From: an uncultured Candidatus Saccharibacteria bacterium
GTDB lineage: Bacteria > Patescibacteriota > Doudnabacteria > UBA920
Length of the DNA: 64,000 nt
Reading direction: 5' to 3'
Assembly: GCA_964453265.1 (NCBI GenBank)
Contig: CAYVNU010000003.1
Coordinates: 3,957 to 67,956 of the forward strand
Shown here: one piece after another, positions 47,539 through 57,915 of the stretch
Numbering within the stretch: position 1 is the first letter of the stretch
Layout of the letters: each line of letters opens with the position of its first letter
Made by a program: the position numbers and the translations under genes
Notes under the pieces: model-generated
Databases searched by the model: none
Seen by the model: only the letters and a program-made list of their open reading frames with translations
What the model was told of the DNA's origin: nothing

Positions 47539-47664
47539 ATGAGCGATCCGAACTTACGAACACATCCCCGCCTGCACTTGCCTGCGGCTTCGAGCCCTGG
47601 CGGGCAGGCGAATGTTCCGAATTTGAACCATTCGGATAAAATGAGAATTGTTCGTGCTGATATA

Positions 47665-48765
47665 TTAATTTTTAATAGGCATGACTAAGTACAAATAACC
47701 ATTGTCACTGACAGGAAAAAACACAGCAGGAGAACTATCGTTAATTAATTTAATTTCTATTTTTTCCCCCTCCACAACCTGTAGGGCCTCCAAAATATAT
47801 TTATAATTTAACATAACGGTTCCGGCTTGCCCGCTAATTTCAGACGGCACCTCAACAACACTTTTTCCTAAATCCCCGTTTTCCGCAGTTAACACCAAAC
47901 TGTTTTTTTCTGGCAAATAATTAAACTGCACACTGTTACTATTTTGACTAAAAATAGCGGCAGCCTTTAGCGCGTTAACCAAACCGGTTTTTAAAGTAAC
48001 AATTGTTGTTAAAAATTCAGAAGGGATTATTTCTTTGTAGTCAGGAAACTGTCCTTCTACAAGCCTGCTCACCAACAAAGTTTCGTTAAAAGCAAAAGCT
48101 ATTTGGGTTTCTGTTACCACCACACCAACAACACCCTTGTAGCCACCGCATAACCTTGAAATTTCGGAGGCGGTTTTATGCGGAATTATAACCATCTTTT
48201 CGTCTTCGTTTTGATCTTCAAGGTTTAATTTTCTTTCTGCCAGCCTATACCTGTCGGTTGCTGCGGTTTTTAAAGTTTTTTGACCTAACACCATCAACAC
48301 ACCACTAATTTCTGGTTGGGTTTGGTTTGTTGATGTGGCAAAAATTACTGAATCCAAAGCTTTTTTTAAGTTTTCTGACATAATCTTGTAACCACCGCCG
48401 GTTTCTACTTGTGGTATTAAAGGAAATTCTTCTGCAGGCAAAGTTTTTATGCTGGTGTGATAGTTTTCTGTTTCAACCTCTAAAACACCTTGTTTACTCA
48501 AAAGTGAAATATTTTTATTTGGCAAACTATTAACCAAATCTATTGCTGTTTTGGCGTTTAATGTAAACTCCCCTTCTTCTTCAACCTTACATCTAATTAG
48601 TGTTGTTATTGCTATTTCTAAGTTGGTAGAAGATATTTTTAACATCCCGTTATCTGTCTTTAGTAAAAAATTATTTAATATGGGAAGTGTGTTGTTAGGA
48701 GAAATTATTTTTCCAACAATCCCTAAGCCAGATTTTAGATTTTCTTGAGTGCAAACTATTTTCAT
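47665..48765 (-). CDS. dnaN: DNA polymerase III beta sliding clamp
   Basis: 366 aa, three-domain clamp layout, dnaA-dnaN-recF synteny. Confidence 0.93.
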   Translation of the reverse strand: MKIVCTQENLKSGLGIVGKIISPNNTLPILNNFLLKTDNGMLKISSTNLEIAITTLIRCKVEEEGEFTLNAKTAIDLVNSLPNKNISLLSKQGVLEVETENYHTSIKTLPAEEFPLIPQVETGGGYKIMSENLKKALDSVIFATSTNQTQPEISGVLMVLGQKTLKTAATDRYRLAERKLNLEDQNEDEKMVIIPHKTASEISRLCGGYKGVVGVVVTETQIAFAFNETLLVSRLVEGQFPDYKEIIPSEFLTTIVTLKTGLVNALKAAAIFSQNSNSVQFNYLPEKNSLVLTAENGDLGKSVVEVPSEISGQAGTVMLNYKYILEALQVVEGEKIEIKLINDSSPAVFFPVSDNGYLYLVMPIKN

Positions 48766-48934
48766 ATATAATTTAATTAATATAAAGAAGTAATAATATT
48801 AATAAGGGTTGTTGATTTGTGGATTAAGGAAAATACTTAGTAAATAACAGTAATTGTTTATTTTTTTGTTGTGCACAAGTTGGTTGGTAATAAGTTAATA
48901 AAAATAATTTCTTCAATTATTTTTATTAACTTAT

Positions 48935-50293
48935 TTATATAAACAGTTTATCCAGAATTAAATCCACTTCTTGTTTAAACTCCGGTTTTTCTTGTAAAAG
49001 ACCCTGCATTTTTTCTACTGCATGCATTACCGTGGTGTGGTCACGCCCGCCAAAAAAATCACCAATGGAAGGAAAGGAGCTGTCTAGCTGTTTTCTGATA
49101 ATATACATTGCAATTTGTCTGGGTTTTACAAATTCTTTTTTCCTTGATTGTTTAATTAGGTCTTCTAGCGTGATGTTATAAAATTCTGCCACAAGCTCCG
49201 CGACTTTTTTTGCTGATGTGACTCTTTTTTTAATACCAATAATGCTGGTTAATATATTTTTAGCTTCTTCTAAAAACAATCCCCTGTTTTGCATTTGTTG
49301 GTATACAGCAAGTTTGTTTAAAGCGCCTTCTAGTTCTCTTACGTTGTTTTGTATATTTTCGGCCAGATAAAAAAGTATGGGTTCGTCAATTCGGACGCCG
49401 CGTTTCTCCATTTTGTTTCTAAGTATGGCCATGCGGGTTTCTAGGTCGGGAGCCTGGATGTCCGCGACCATTCCCCACTCAAATCGTGAGATTAATCTTT
49501 GTTCTACAGCCGCTATTTCTTTTGGTGCGCGGTCAGATGTAATAATAATTTGTTTGCCCTTATCCCTTATTTCATTAAAAGTATGAAAAAATTCTTCTTG
49601 CGTTCCTTCTTTGCCTGAAATAAACTGAATATCGTCTACCATTAAAACGTCAACTTCTCTATAACGCTTTTTAAACTCCTCGGTACGTTTTTGTTTTATT
49701 GAGTCTATGTAGTCATTGGTAAATTTTTCACTACTAACGTAAAGAATTTTGCAACGAGGGTTGCTTGCAAGCATTTTATGTCCAACAGCTTGCATTAAAT
49801 GAGTCTTACCTAAACCTACTCCACCATAGATAAATAAAGGATTATATTGGGTTCCTGGGGTTTTTGCGACGGCATGGCTCGCAGCATGAGCCAACTCGTT
49901 ATTTTTTCCAGTTATAAAGGTTTCAAAAGTGTATTTTGGGTTTAGTCCTGATGTTGGAATTGTTTGATTATTTTCCAATCCTTCAAATTTTCCGGATTTT
50001 TTTTGACTTGATTGATTTTTTGCGGAGTTGTTAGAATTTTGCGCAGTACTTGACCCTATTTGGTATTTTATTTCCTTTACTTCGGGCGCTAATGACTTTA
50101 AGGCCTTAAGAATTTCGGGTTGATATTTGCTGCTAATCCAGTTTTTATGAAACATGTCAGGTGTGTGGATTAAAATAAAATCCTGTCCCCGTTCTGCAAT
50201 TCCAGTGCTTTTAAACCAGGTATTAAAATTTGCTTTGCTTAAAGATATTTCTAAATGTCCGAGTATGGCTTGCCAAAGCTGCTGATTGTTCAT
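48935..50293 (-). CDS. dnaA: chromosomal replication initiator DnaA
   Basis: 452 aa; AAA+ GGVGLGKTHL Walker A, DDIQFISGKEGTQEEFFHTFN Walker B/sensor, C-terminal DNA-binding HTH. Confidence 0.97.
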   Translation of the reverse strand: MNNQQLWQAILGHLEISLSKANFNTWFKSTGIAERGQDFILIHTPDMFHKNWISSKYQPEILKALKSLAPEVKEIKYQIGSSTAQNSNNSAKNQSSQKKSGKFEGLENNQTIPTSGLNPKYTFETFITGKNNELAHAASHAVAKTPGTQYNPLFIYGGVGLGKTHLMQAVGHKMLASNPRCKILYVSSEKFTNDYIDSIKQKRTEEFKKRYREVDVLMVDDIQFISGKEGTQEEFFHTFNEIRDKGKQIIITSDRAPKEIAAVEQRLISRFEWGMVADIQAPDLETRMAILRNKMEKRGVRIDEPILFYLAENIQNNVRELEGALNKLAVYQQMQNRGLFLEEAKNILTSIIGIKKRVTSAKKVAELVAEFYNITLEDLIKQSRKKEFVKPRQIAMYIIRKQLDSSFPSIGDFFGGRDHTTVMHAVEKMQGLLQEKPEFKQEVDLILDKLFI

Positions 50294-50667
50294 TTGTTTT
50301 GATTGTCTTAGTTATTATTCCTAGAGAAATTTATGGTTGTGTCTATGTTGAAGATTGGAAAAGGTTGTAATCTGCCTTTTTTGTCTACGTAAGTACTATT
50401 TTAACAGGCAGTTATCAACATGTAAAACCTATAAAAAACGGCTTATATAAAGGGTAAATAAATTCATCTGTTAATATGGTGTGGATATTTTGTGTTAAAA
50501 ATTTAGGCTTCTGATAGGGTTGACTTTTGCACGACTTTTTTAGTATAATATTCTAAGAATTAACAATCCAAAAAGACTCTCAATTAAATTACTGTTCATA
50601 AAATACTGTTTGTAAATGTGGCAGCTGTTTTAATTAAGTGTAGTCTTTAGGGCTATTTAGGGAAAAC
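50294..50667. other. putative oriC: dnaA-rpmH divergent AT-rich intergenic region with DnaA-box-like sequences
   Basis: TGTGGATAT (50483-50491, reverse complement of TTATCCACA with one mismatch), TTATCAACA (about 50413), additional boxes TGTGGATTA (about 48819) and TTATCCAGA (about 48951) in the dnaA-dnaN spacer; AT-rich unwinding-element-like stretches. Confidence 0.6.
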
Positions 50668-50802
50668 ATGAAAAGAACTTATCAACCAAAAGTTGCAAGA
50701 AGAAAAAAAAGACATGGTTTTTTAAAACGCATGTCCAGTAAAACCGGCCGTAACGTTTTGGCCAGGCGCAGGGCTAAGGGTAGGAAAAAGTTGTCGGTTT
50801 AG
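50668..50802 (+). CDS. rpmH: 50S ribosomal protein L34
   Basis: [44 protein letters not shown], 44 aa, below ORF-track size cut-off; canonical position before rnpA. Confidence 0.9.
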   Translation: MKRTYQPKVARRKKRHGFLKRMSSKTGRNVLARRRAKGRKKLSV

Positions 50803-50823
50803 TAAGTAATATTTTTACAAATT

Positions 50824-51156
50824 ATGTTTGCAAAAAAAAACCGTCTATCCAAAACTAGGGACGTTCAGGCTGTCTTTGCGGGTGGACGAGTTTTTTTTAA
50901 CCCTTATTTTAGCTTAAAAGCTAAGAAAAATGGGGTAATTCCAAGATTTACGGTTGTAGTTTCAACCAAGGTTTCAAAAAAAGCTGTTCATAGAAACAGA
51001 ATTAAAAGGGTTATTCGGGAATTTTTAAAATTAAAAACTACCTTAATTTTTCCGGCTGATTATGTGGTTATTGTAAAGCCTGCCATGACAAAACTTTCCG
51101 AAAAATTAGCAATAGACAGCTTGGAAAATTTAATGCTTAAAGCCCGTATTTTGTAA
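50824..51156 (+). CDS. rnpA: ribonuclease P protein component
   Basis: 110 aa basic protein MFAKKNRLSKTRDVQAVFAGGRVFFNPYFSL, rpmH-rnpA synteny. Confidence 0.88.
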   Translation: MFAKKNRLSKTRDVQAVFAGGRVFFNPYFSLKAKKNGVIPRFTVVVSTKVSKKAVHRNRIKRVIREFLKLKTTLIFPADYVVIVKPAMTKLSEKLAIDSLENLMLKARIL

Positions 51157-51159
51157 AAT

Positions 51160-51450
51160 ATGAAAATTTTAAATTTTTTTGTAAGTTTGCCCAAGTATTT
51201 TGCGGTTTCGGTGATTAGGCTTTATCAAGTTTTGCTTTCTCCTGATCACAGCTGGCTAAGGTATAAATACCCTTATGGTTTTTGTTCTTACTATCCGTCC
51301 TGTAGTGAATATTCAAAGCAGGCAATAACTGATTTTGGCTTATTTAAAGGCTTTTTATTAAGTATTGTTAGAATTATTAAGTGTAATCCCTTGTCTCTTC
51401 CATCAGTGGATTTGGTACCAAAAAAATTAACTAAAAAAATATGTTTTTAA
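51160..51450 (+). CDS. yidD: membrane protein insertion efficiency factor YidD
   Basis: YQVLLSP...CSYYPSCSEYSKQAI conserved cysteine motif. Confidence 0.85.
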   Translation: MKILNFFVSLPKYFAVSVIRLYQVLLSPDHSWLRYKYPYGFCSYYPSCSEYSKQAITDFGLFKGFLLSIVRIIKCNPLSLPSVDLVPKKLTKKICF

Positions 51451-52169
51451 ATTTATATAATGAAGTAATTTATCGCCCACTTTTAAATTTACTAGTGTTT
51501 TTTTATAAAGTGATTCCAGGACATGATATTGGAATTGTTATTATTTTGTTAACCTTGTTAATTCGTTTGCTTCTGGCCCCAAGTTTTCACAAGTCGCTTA
51601 AAAGTCAAAAAGCAATGAATGACTTACAGCCAAAGCTAAATGATTTAAGAGAAAAACATAAAGACGATAAAGAAGGTCAAGCTAAGGCCATGATGGCTTT
51701 ATACAAAGAACATCAGGTAAACCCTCTTTCGTCATGCCTGCCTTTGCTTGTTCAATTGCCAATTTTAATTGCTCTCTATCAGGTATTTAGCAAAGCTTTG
51801 GCTAATCACCTAACTGGTTTGTATGGTTTCGTAAATTTTACGGGTACAATTAATCCAAAATTTTTGGGACTCATTGATTTATCTAAGCATGCCGGACAGA
51901 CTACGGCCGGAATAGTTTTGGCGGTTATAGCTGGAGCTGCGCAGTTCTGGCAGTCTAAAATGATGTTGCCGCAAGCCAGTAGTCAAGATGCAACAACTAA
52001 AGCTATGCAAATGCAAACAACTTATGTTTTGCCTATTATTAGTATTGTGATTGCTTTAAAGCTCCCTGCCGGGCTTCCTTTGTATTGGATAGTTACAACA
52101 CTTTTTGCAATAGGTCAACAGTATTATATTCACAGAAAGCCAGCGCAAGTTGTTACAAATAACCAATAA
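51441..52169 (+). CDS. yidC: membrane protein insertase YidC/Oxa1 family (short form)
   Basis: 242 aa, five TM helices, conserved position after yidD. Confidence 0.85.
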   Translation: MFLNLYNEVIYRPLLNLLVFFYKVIPGHDIGIVIILLTLLIRLLLAPSFHKSLKSQKAMNDLQPKLNDLREKHKDDKEGQAKAMMALYKEHQVNPLSSCLPLLVQLPILIALYQVFSKALANHLTGLYGFVNFTGTINPKFLGLIDLSKHAGQTTAGIVLAVIAGAAQFWQSKMMLPQASSQDATTKAMQMQTTYVLPIISIVIALKLPAGLPLYWIVTTLFAIGQQYYIHRKPAQVVTNNQ

Positions 52170-52207
52170 TATATTTTTGTTATCGAGAATTGTAAAATAC
52201 CAACACA

Positions 52208-52678
52208 ATGACCAATTATGAAAAAATTGAACAGGTAAAAAAAGTAATATTAGAGCTTTTAAGTGAAGCTGGTTTTTCTGCGACTGTTGAATTTGAAGAA
52301 AGTATAACCAAGGGGTTAGTTTTTAACATTCTTTCCCAGGAATCCTATATGTTAATTGGGAAACAAGGTAACACACTTCATGCCTTACAAATTTTAATTC
52401 AGGCATTGGTTTTCAAAAAATTTAGTGGACAAGAGCCGATGTGGTTTAGCATAGATGTGGATGATTACAAAAGAAAACGTGAGTGGTATTTAAAAGAAAC
52501 CGCTAAAACCGCGGCGGATAAATTAAAAAAAACCGGAAGGGCTCAGGGTCTTGAACCTATGCCGGCATATGAGCGCCGTTTTATTCATTCTTTCCTACAA
52601 GAAAGTGAGTCCGATATATTTTCTGAAAGCGACGGGCAAGAGCCGTACCGCAGAATAATTTTACGCTTAAAGAAATAA
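52208..52678 (+). CDS. jag: RNA-binding protein Jag/KhpB (KH and R3H domains)
   Basis: 156 aa; R3H motif YERRFIHSFLQ; jag follows yidC as in most bacteria; bidirectional terminator aaaacccttcc-acact-ggaagggtttt at 52680-52712. Confidence 0.8.
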   Translation: MTNYEKIEQVKKVILELLSEAGFSATVEFEESITKGLVFNILSQESYMLIGKQGNTLHALQILIQALVFKKFSGQEPMWFSIDVDDYKRKREWYLKETAKTAADKLKKTGRAQGLEPMPAYERRFIHSFLQESESDIFSESDGQEPYRRIILRLKK

Positions 52679-52705
52679 TTAAAACCCTTCCACACTGGAA
52701 GGGTT

Positions 52706-53893
52706 TTAAAATATAGCTAAAATAATCCAGAAGACAAGCGCTAGGTCGTTTTTAAAGTAGGGGTTGTCTATTTGACCTTGCGCTAGTAGTGCTATTAAGA
52801 ATAGTGCGACAGAAAGTTTAAAAATATTTTTACGGTCAATTAATCCGCGGTATATTAAAAGACTTATTAGCCCTATAAAACCTATTAGTCCTATTACTCC
52901 CGTTTCAACCCACAAATCCAAAAAAATATTGTGTGGGAAGTTGTGATCAGGTAAAGTTTGGTCGCTAATTAAACTTCTATATTCTTTTGCATACCCACCA
53001 AGACCTAAACCGAATAACGGCGATTGTTTAATTGCTTTTATTCCACTTTCCCAAAGAACAATACGTGACAAAGCTGACTTTTCTCCTTTAAAAGGAGCGG
53101 TTATTCTACTGCTTAAACTGGCGCTGGAATAAAAAATTATAACTAAAAAAAATGCTGCCCCAGCAAGGGCAAATTTAATTTTTTTGTTGCCCGATAAAAT
53201 AAAATAAACAACCCCAGCTGTTAAGATTCCTAGTAGCCCGGAACGGGAAAGTGAAAGTAATAACCCAAGTAGCCCTAAAAACCATAAGCATAAAAATAAA
53301 TTTTGCAATTTCTTTCTTTCCGGACTTTGTTTGTCAGGTGACAAAAGGTCAGGTATTAAAAAACTTAAAATTGGCGTTACCCAAAGAGCGAAAAAATTAG
53401 GGTGGACAAAAAAACTTACCGCTCTTTTTTGTTCAATGTCATTGCCGGCAAAAAGTTGCGATAAGCCAAGGCCAAAAAAATATTGGATTACGGCAATAAG
53501 GCCGGCCAGGCCGAGCAGTAAATAGCAATAAGTTACGAGCCTATGCTTTGCTGAAGAATTATTTTTAAAAATGAATCGAGCAATATAGTAAGTAATAATT
53601 GGCTGAAAAAATATTACTAAAAATTCTCCAAAATTTTTTCTACCCAGCCCGCCTATATAAAAACTAATTATTCCACTTAAGGAGAAAATCCAAATAAATA
53701 TATTTTCTTTTGAAATGGTAATTAAACTAGATAGGAAATTTTTTGTTTGATGATTTTTTATTAAATAACCAATAAATAAAATCCATACAAAAAAAAGCCA
53801 AATAATAAGAAAATTTGCTGGGATTTGGAATAATTTAAAAGTTATACTGTAAGTAGGAGCTAAAATAAAACTAAGCAGAATTAAATATTCCAT
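52706..53893 (-). CDS. O-antigen ligase (WaaL/Wzy_C) family membrane protein
   Basis: 395 aa, about 10 TM, central periplasmic loop LSLSRSGLLGILTAGVVYF characteristic of Wzy_C. Confidence 0.65.
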   Translation of the reverse strand: MEYLILLSFILAPTYSITFKLFQIPANFLIIWLFFVWILFIGYLIKNHQTKNFLSSLITISKENIFIWIFSLSGIISFYIGGLGRKNFGEFLVIFFQPIITYYIARFIFKNNSSAKHRLVTYCYLLLGLAGLIAVIQYFFGLGLSQLFAGNDIEQKRAVSFFVHPNFFALWVTPILSFLIPDLLSPDKQSPERKKLQNLFLCLWFLGLLGLLLSLSRSGLLGILTAGVVYFILSGNKKIKFALAGAAFFLVIIFYSSASLSSRITAPFKGEKSALSRIVLWESGIKAIKQSPLFGLGLGGYAKEYRSLISDQTLPDHNFPHNIFLDLWVETGVIGLIGFIGLISLLIYRGLIDRKNIFKLSVALFLIALLAQGQIDNPYFKNDLALVFWIILAIF

Positions 53894-53895
53894 AA

Positions 53896-56466
53896 TTAGT
53901 TAGAATTATTAACAGGTCCAAAATTTACATTTACGCTTGTGTCTGCGCTTTTACCTAAAACATCCACTGCTTTAACGGCAATGGTGTGTGGGCCAGCAGA
54001 ATATTTATTATAGATGCTAAAAAAATATGGTTGGCTTGCAAGGCTTGCAACAACACTTCCGTCTATGTAAACATCAACTCGAGAAATTGAATTTTTCCCC
54101 GCAGCTGAAACATTTATATTAAAAGGTGAGGAGAGTATATTGGAATCTTCTAAAGGTTCTAGAATGCTAACGCTGGGATTTTCTGAATTGTTGTCCGGCG
54201 GCAGGGGTTGCCCCAGACCTTGTGGGTATTTATAACCGTTTGCAAGAGCCCAGGCAATTACGGCGTTTTCCCATGCAGGCAGCTCTGGTTTTTCACTATG
54301 GAGCACTGTAAGTTTTTCATAAATAATTTGATTTGGTGGAGTTAAATTGGTGGCAGGTTGGTTGGTAAACGAATCTATTGCTGCTACTTGGTGTACAGTG
54401 TCTGTTTCTGTGGGTACGGAATAATCGGCAAAAATCTCGTCTTTGGTAGAAGGTGTATTGGTACTCGGCAGTTTACCGGAAAGCTCGTCGACAGTAATAT
54501 GTTTAATTCCAATAGGTTGAAAAAAATCTTCAGCCGGTTTGTCTTTTAAAGCTTTTTCCATGAACTCGTGCCAGATGGGCGCGGCGACCAAAACTCCGTC
54601 AGCTCCTTTTTTTAAATAGGTTCCGTCATTGTTGCCTGTCCAAACCCCTGCGGCTAAAGAAGGGGTAAAACCCAAAGTCCATCCGTCGTGCCACTTTTGA
54701 GTTGTGCCGGTTTTTGCCGCGACTTTTCTCCCTGGTAAAATTAACGGGGAGTTAGAACCAAAAACGTAAGTTCTTGCCGCATTATCTGTCATAATGCTGG
54801 TTAGTAAAAAAACTGCCTGCGGGTCTAAAACTGTTTGCGGGTTTTCTTTGTATTCTTCTAAAATTTTACCGGCTGAATCTTCTATTTTTAGAATGGCGGT
54901 TTTTTCGTTTTTTACTCCTCCATTGGCAAGTGTGGAGTAAGCGGCTACGTGGTCGAGAAGTCTTACTTCACAACCCCCCAATACCAATGAAAGTCCGCAG
55001 TCGGAAAGCGGGCTGGTTATGCCTAGGTTGCGAGCGGTTTGTACCGCGTTATCTACCCCGACTAGTGCTAAAGTTTTTACAGCGGGTATGTTTAAAGAGC
55101 CGGCTAAGGCTGAGCGCATGGAAATCGGCCCTCTTTCTTTGCCGTCGTAATCTTGGGGTATGTAGTCTTTGTCTCCGTATTTGCCAAAGTTTGTTGTAAC
55201 GTCCAGTAACATTGTGGCGGGCGCGTATTTAAAGTCTTTGCCAAAAGCGGTTACGTAAACGTAAGGTTTAAAACTGCTGCCTGGTTGGCGTTCGGAAATT
55301 GCCACGTTTACATTAGGTTCAAATAGGCAGTTTTTGCCCGGGGTACAGCCTTCAGGCTGGGATGTGCCAAAGTAGTCTTTACTGCCGACTAAGGCTAAAA
55401 TTTGGCCCGTTTTTGGGTCTATGGCAACTAGACTGGCATTGTTGGCATTGTATTTTTTCCCGTTTTTTTCAACGCCGGTTTTTACGGCTTCTTCAGCAAT
55501 TTTTTGTAAGGCCGGATCTAATGTCGTATAAACTTTTAACCCGCCTTCTTGCAAGGTTTTTTCTCCGAATTTTTGGGCCAAGTAATCTTGCACCATAAAA
55601 ACAAAATGTGGTGCGGTAATTGCTGTTCTGGTTTTAGTAAATTCAACTTTTTCTTCTTTGGCTTTTTTTTCTTGTTCAGCGTTAATGTAACCTTGTTCGC
55701 GCATTAAAGAAAGTATATGGTCTTTTCTGCCGTCTAAAATTTTACGATTCGGACCAAGTGGGTTATAGCGGCTGGGTGACTGGGGTAAAGCGGCTAAATA
55801 GGCGCTTTGCGCTAAGGTTAAATCTTTAGCATCTTTATTAAAATAACTTTGTGCCGCGGCTTCAATGCCATAAGCATTTCTGCCGTAGGGAATTTCATTT
55901 AAATAAAGTTTTAAAATATCATTTTTAGAAAATTTTGCTTCAAGGCTCAAAGACAAAATAGCTTCGCGGATTTTACGGTCAAAGCTTTTGTCGTTATTTA
56001 AAATAGCATTTTTTACAAATTGCTGGGTTAGAGTGCTACCGCCGCCGCCGGAAGGGCCTAAGTTTACAGCATACCGAAATATAGAACGGAAGATTCCTTT
56101 AAAATATAGTCCGTGGTGGTTGTAAAAATCTTTATCTTCAATGGCTATGGTGGCGTGTTGTAAGTCGGGAGAAATTTGATCTAAGTTTACCAGCGTGCGT
56201 TTTGCTTCTCCATGAATTTCATAAAGCAGACTGTTGTCGCGCGCGTAAATTTTTGTGCTTTCTGCAACTTTTCTTTCCAGCAGTTTGTTTGGGTCAGGCA
56301 GGTCTTTGGCATAATAGGCAAAAGTCAGGGCAATAAAAATTAGGCCAACCGCGAATATTCGAAAAAACCAAGTTAAAAGATTTTTTCTTTTCCAGTTAAA
56401 TTTAAAAGACAATCTCTTTTTTAAAGAGCTCTTATTGTCCTTGTTTTTATAGTTATATATGCGCAT
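53896..56466 (-). CDS. class A penicillin-binding protein (glycosyltransferase GT51 + transpeptidase) with C-terminal Ig-like extension
   Basis: 856 aa; GT51 motifs EDKDFYNHHG and GGSTLTQQ; transpeptidase SxxK (SGSSFKPY), SxN (SLN), KTGTT. Confidence 0.93.
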   Translation of the reverse strand: MRIYNYKNKDNKSSLKKRLSFKFNWKRKNLLTWFFRIFAVGLIFIALTFAYYAKDLPDPNKLLERKVAESTKIYARDNSLLYEIHGEAKRTLVNLDQISPDLQHATIAIEDKDFYNHHGLYFKGIFRSIFRYAVNLGPSGGGGSTLTQQFVKNAILNNDKSFDRKIREAILSLSLEAKFSKNDILKLYLNEIPYGRNAYGIEAAAQSYFNKDAKDLTLAQSAYLAALPQSPSRYNPLGPNRKILDGRKDHILSLMREQGYINAEQEKKAKEEKVEFTKTRTAITAPHFVFMVQDYLAQKFGEKTLQEGGLKVYTTLDPALQKIAEEAVKTGVEKNGKKYNANNASLVAIDPKTGQILALVGSKDYFGTSQPEGCTPGKNCLFEPNVNVAISERQPGSSFKPYVYVTAFGKDFKYAPATMLLDVTTNFGKYGDKDYIPQDYDGKERGPISMRSALAGSLNIPAVKTLALVGVDNAVQTARNLGITSPLSDCGLSLVLGGCEVRLLDHVAAYSTLANGGVKNEKTAILKIEDSAGKILEEYKENPQTVLDPQAVFLLTSIMTDNAARTYVFGSNSPLILPGRKVAAKTGTTQKWHDGWTLGFTPSLAAGVWTGNNDGTYLKKGADGVLVAAPIWHEFMEKALKDKPAEDFFQPIGIKHITVDELSGKLPSTNTPSTKDEIFADYSVPTETDTVHQVAAIDSFTNQPATNLTPPNQIIYEKLTVLHSEKPELPAWENAVIAWALANGYKYPQGLGQPLPPDNNSENPSVSILEPLEDSNILSSPFNINVSAAGKNSISRVDVYIDGSVVASLASQPYFFSIYNKYSAGPHTIAVKAVDVLGKSADTSVNVNFGPVNNSN

Positions 56467-56543
56467 AGGCTAATTATAGCGATTTTTCCGAGTTTATAAA
56501 AGGTGTTATAATTAGCAGGTAATTATCTATAAATATATAAAAT

Positions 56544-57707
56544 ATGAGTCAAATAGAAGAAATTTTAACTAGGGGTGTTGAGGAAGTTATAGACAAGGCG
56601 CATTTGGAAAGTCTTTTAAAGGGCAAAAAGAAGTTGCGGATTAAACTTGGTATAGACCCTACTTCCCCTAACATTCACATTGGTAGGGCTGTGGTTTTGT
56701 GGAAACTTAGAGCTTTTCAGGAGCTGGGGCATAAAGTGGTTTTTATAGTGGGTGATTTTACAGGCCTAATTGGCGACACTTCAGACAAAGAGTCAGAGCG
56801 GCCTATGTTAGATGAAAAAACTATTAAAGCAAATTTAAAAAGTTATTTTGCACAGGCAGCTAAAATTATAGACCCGAAAAAAGCCGAAATGCATTATAAC
56901 TCCAAGTGGCTTAAGAAACTTGGTTTTGCGGAAATAGGTAAACTGGCAGACTTGTTTAGTCTGCATGAATTTGAAGCCAGAGAAAATATTGCCCTAAGGC
57001 TTAAGGCAGGTAAAAGAGTTTCTTTGCGCGAACTCCTCTACCCTCTTATGCAAGGCTATGACAGCGTGGCTGTTAAGGCCGATGTAGAACTTGGTGGCAC
57101 GGACCAAAGGTTTAACTTGCTCGCTGGAAGAACCATTCAGCCGTTTTACAAGCAGCCGGCTCAAAATATTTTAATGACTGTTTTAATGGAAGGCACGGAC
57201 GGACGTAAAATGTCTTCTTCGTGGGGCAATACTGTAAATATATCCGAAGAGCCAAATAATATGTTTGGGAAAATAATGTCTATTCCAGACAGTTTAATAA
57301 AAAAATATTTTACTTTAGCCACGCGCGCTCCTTTGCAAGAAATAGATGAAATTTTAAAACTGCCTAATCCACGCGACCAGAAATTAAAACTCGCAGAAGA
57401 AATTACCAAACTTTACCACGGCGAGAAAAAAGCTTTGGCTGCCAAAGAAGCATTTATAAACCAGTTTTCTAAAGGCGAATTGCCGGAGGAAATAGAAACA
57501 AAAAAAATAAAAATTGGTAGCTATAAACTTTCTGAATTAATGGTTTTAACCGGACAGGTTGCTAGTAAATCGGAAGCGCGTAGACTCATAGAACAAAATG
57601 GCGTAAAGGTTAATCAGCAAACTAGTAGCGATGTAGAACTTGTGCTAGACGGACAAAAAGAATATTTGCTGCAAGTAGGAAAAAGAAAATTTGTAAAAAT
57701 AAAGTAA
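56544..57707 (+). CDS. tyrS: tyrosine--tRNA ligase
   Basis: 387 aa; HIGR (HIGH) and KMSSS (KMSKS) class I motifs, C-terminal S4 domain. Confidence 0.93.
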   Translation: MSQIEEILTRGVEEVIDKAHLESLLKGKKKLRIKLGIDPTSPNIHIGRAVVLWKLRAFQELGHKVVFIVGDFTGLIGDTSDKESERPMLDEKTIKANLKSYFAQAAKIIDPKKAEMHYNSKWLKKLGFAEIGKLADLFSLHEFEARENIALRLKAGKRVSLRELLYPLMQGYDSVAVKADVELGGTDQRFNLLAGRTIQPFYKQPAQNILMTVLMEGTDGRKMSSSWGNTVNISEEPNNMFGKIMSIPDSLIKKYFTLATRAPLQEIDEILKLPNPRDQKLKLAEEITKLYHGEKKALAAKEAFINQFSKGELPEEIETKKIKIGSYKLSELMVLTGQVASKSEARRLIEQNGVKVNQQTSSDVELVLDGQKEYLLQVGKRKFVKIK

Positions 57708-57873
57708 TTGGGACTTACGTAGACAGGTAAATAATAGAGTTCGATCCTTCGGCATGCTCAGGGCAGGCTTTTATGGAGAACCTATTATTTACCTAAAATA
57801 AAAAATATCTTCTCCACAAGGTCGAAGTATATTTTTTAGAGTAAAGATATTACTTGCTTTAGTTTGGTAAATT

Positions 57874-57905
57874 AAAACCCCCCTGTCGAATGACAAGGGG
57901 GTTTT
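57874..57905. terminator. bidirectional terminator, perfect 14-bp stem
   Basis: aaaacccccctgtc-gaat-gacaagggggtttt. Confidence 0.7.
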
Positions 57906-57915
57906 AAAATTTTGC

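Noticed and set aside
47547-47565. Cheo-box (CGAACN4GTTCG) LexA site between dnaN and recF
   Set aside because: CGAAC and GAAC copies are direct, not inverted, repeats
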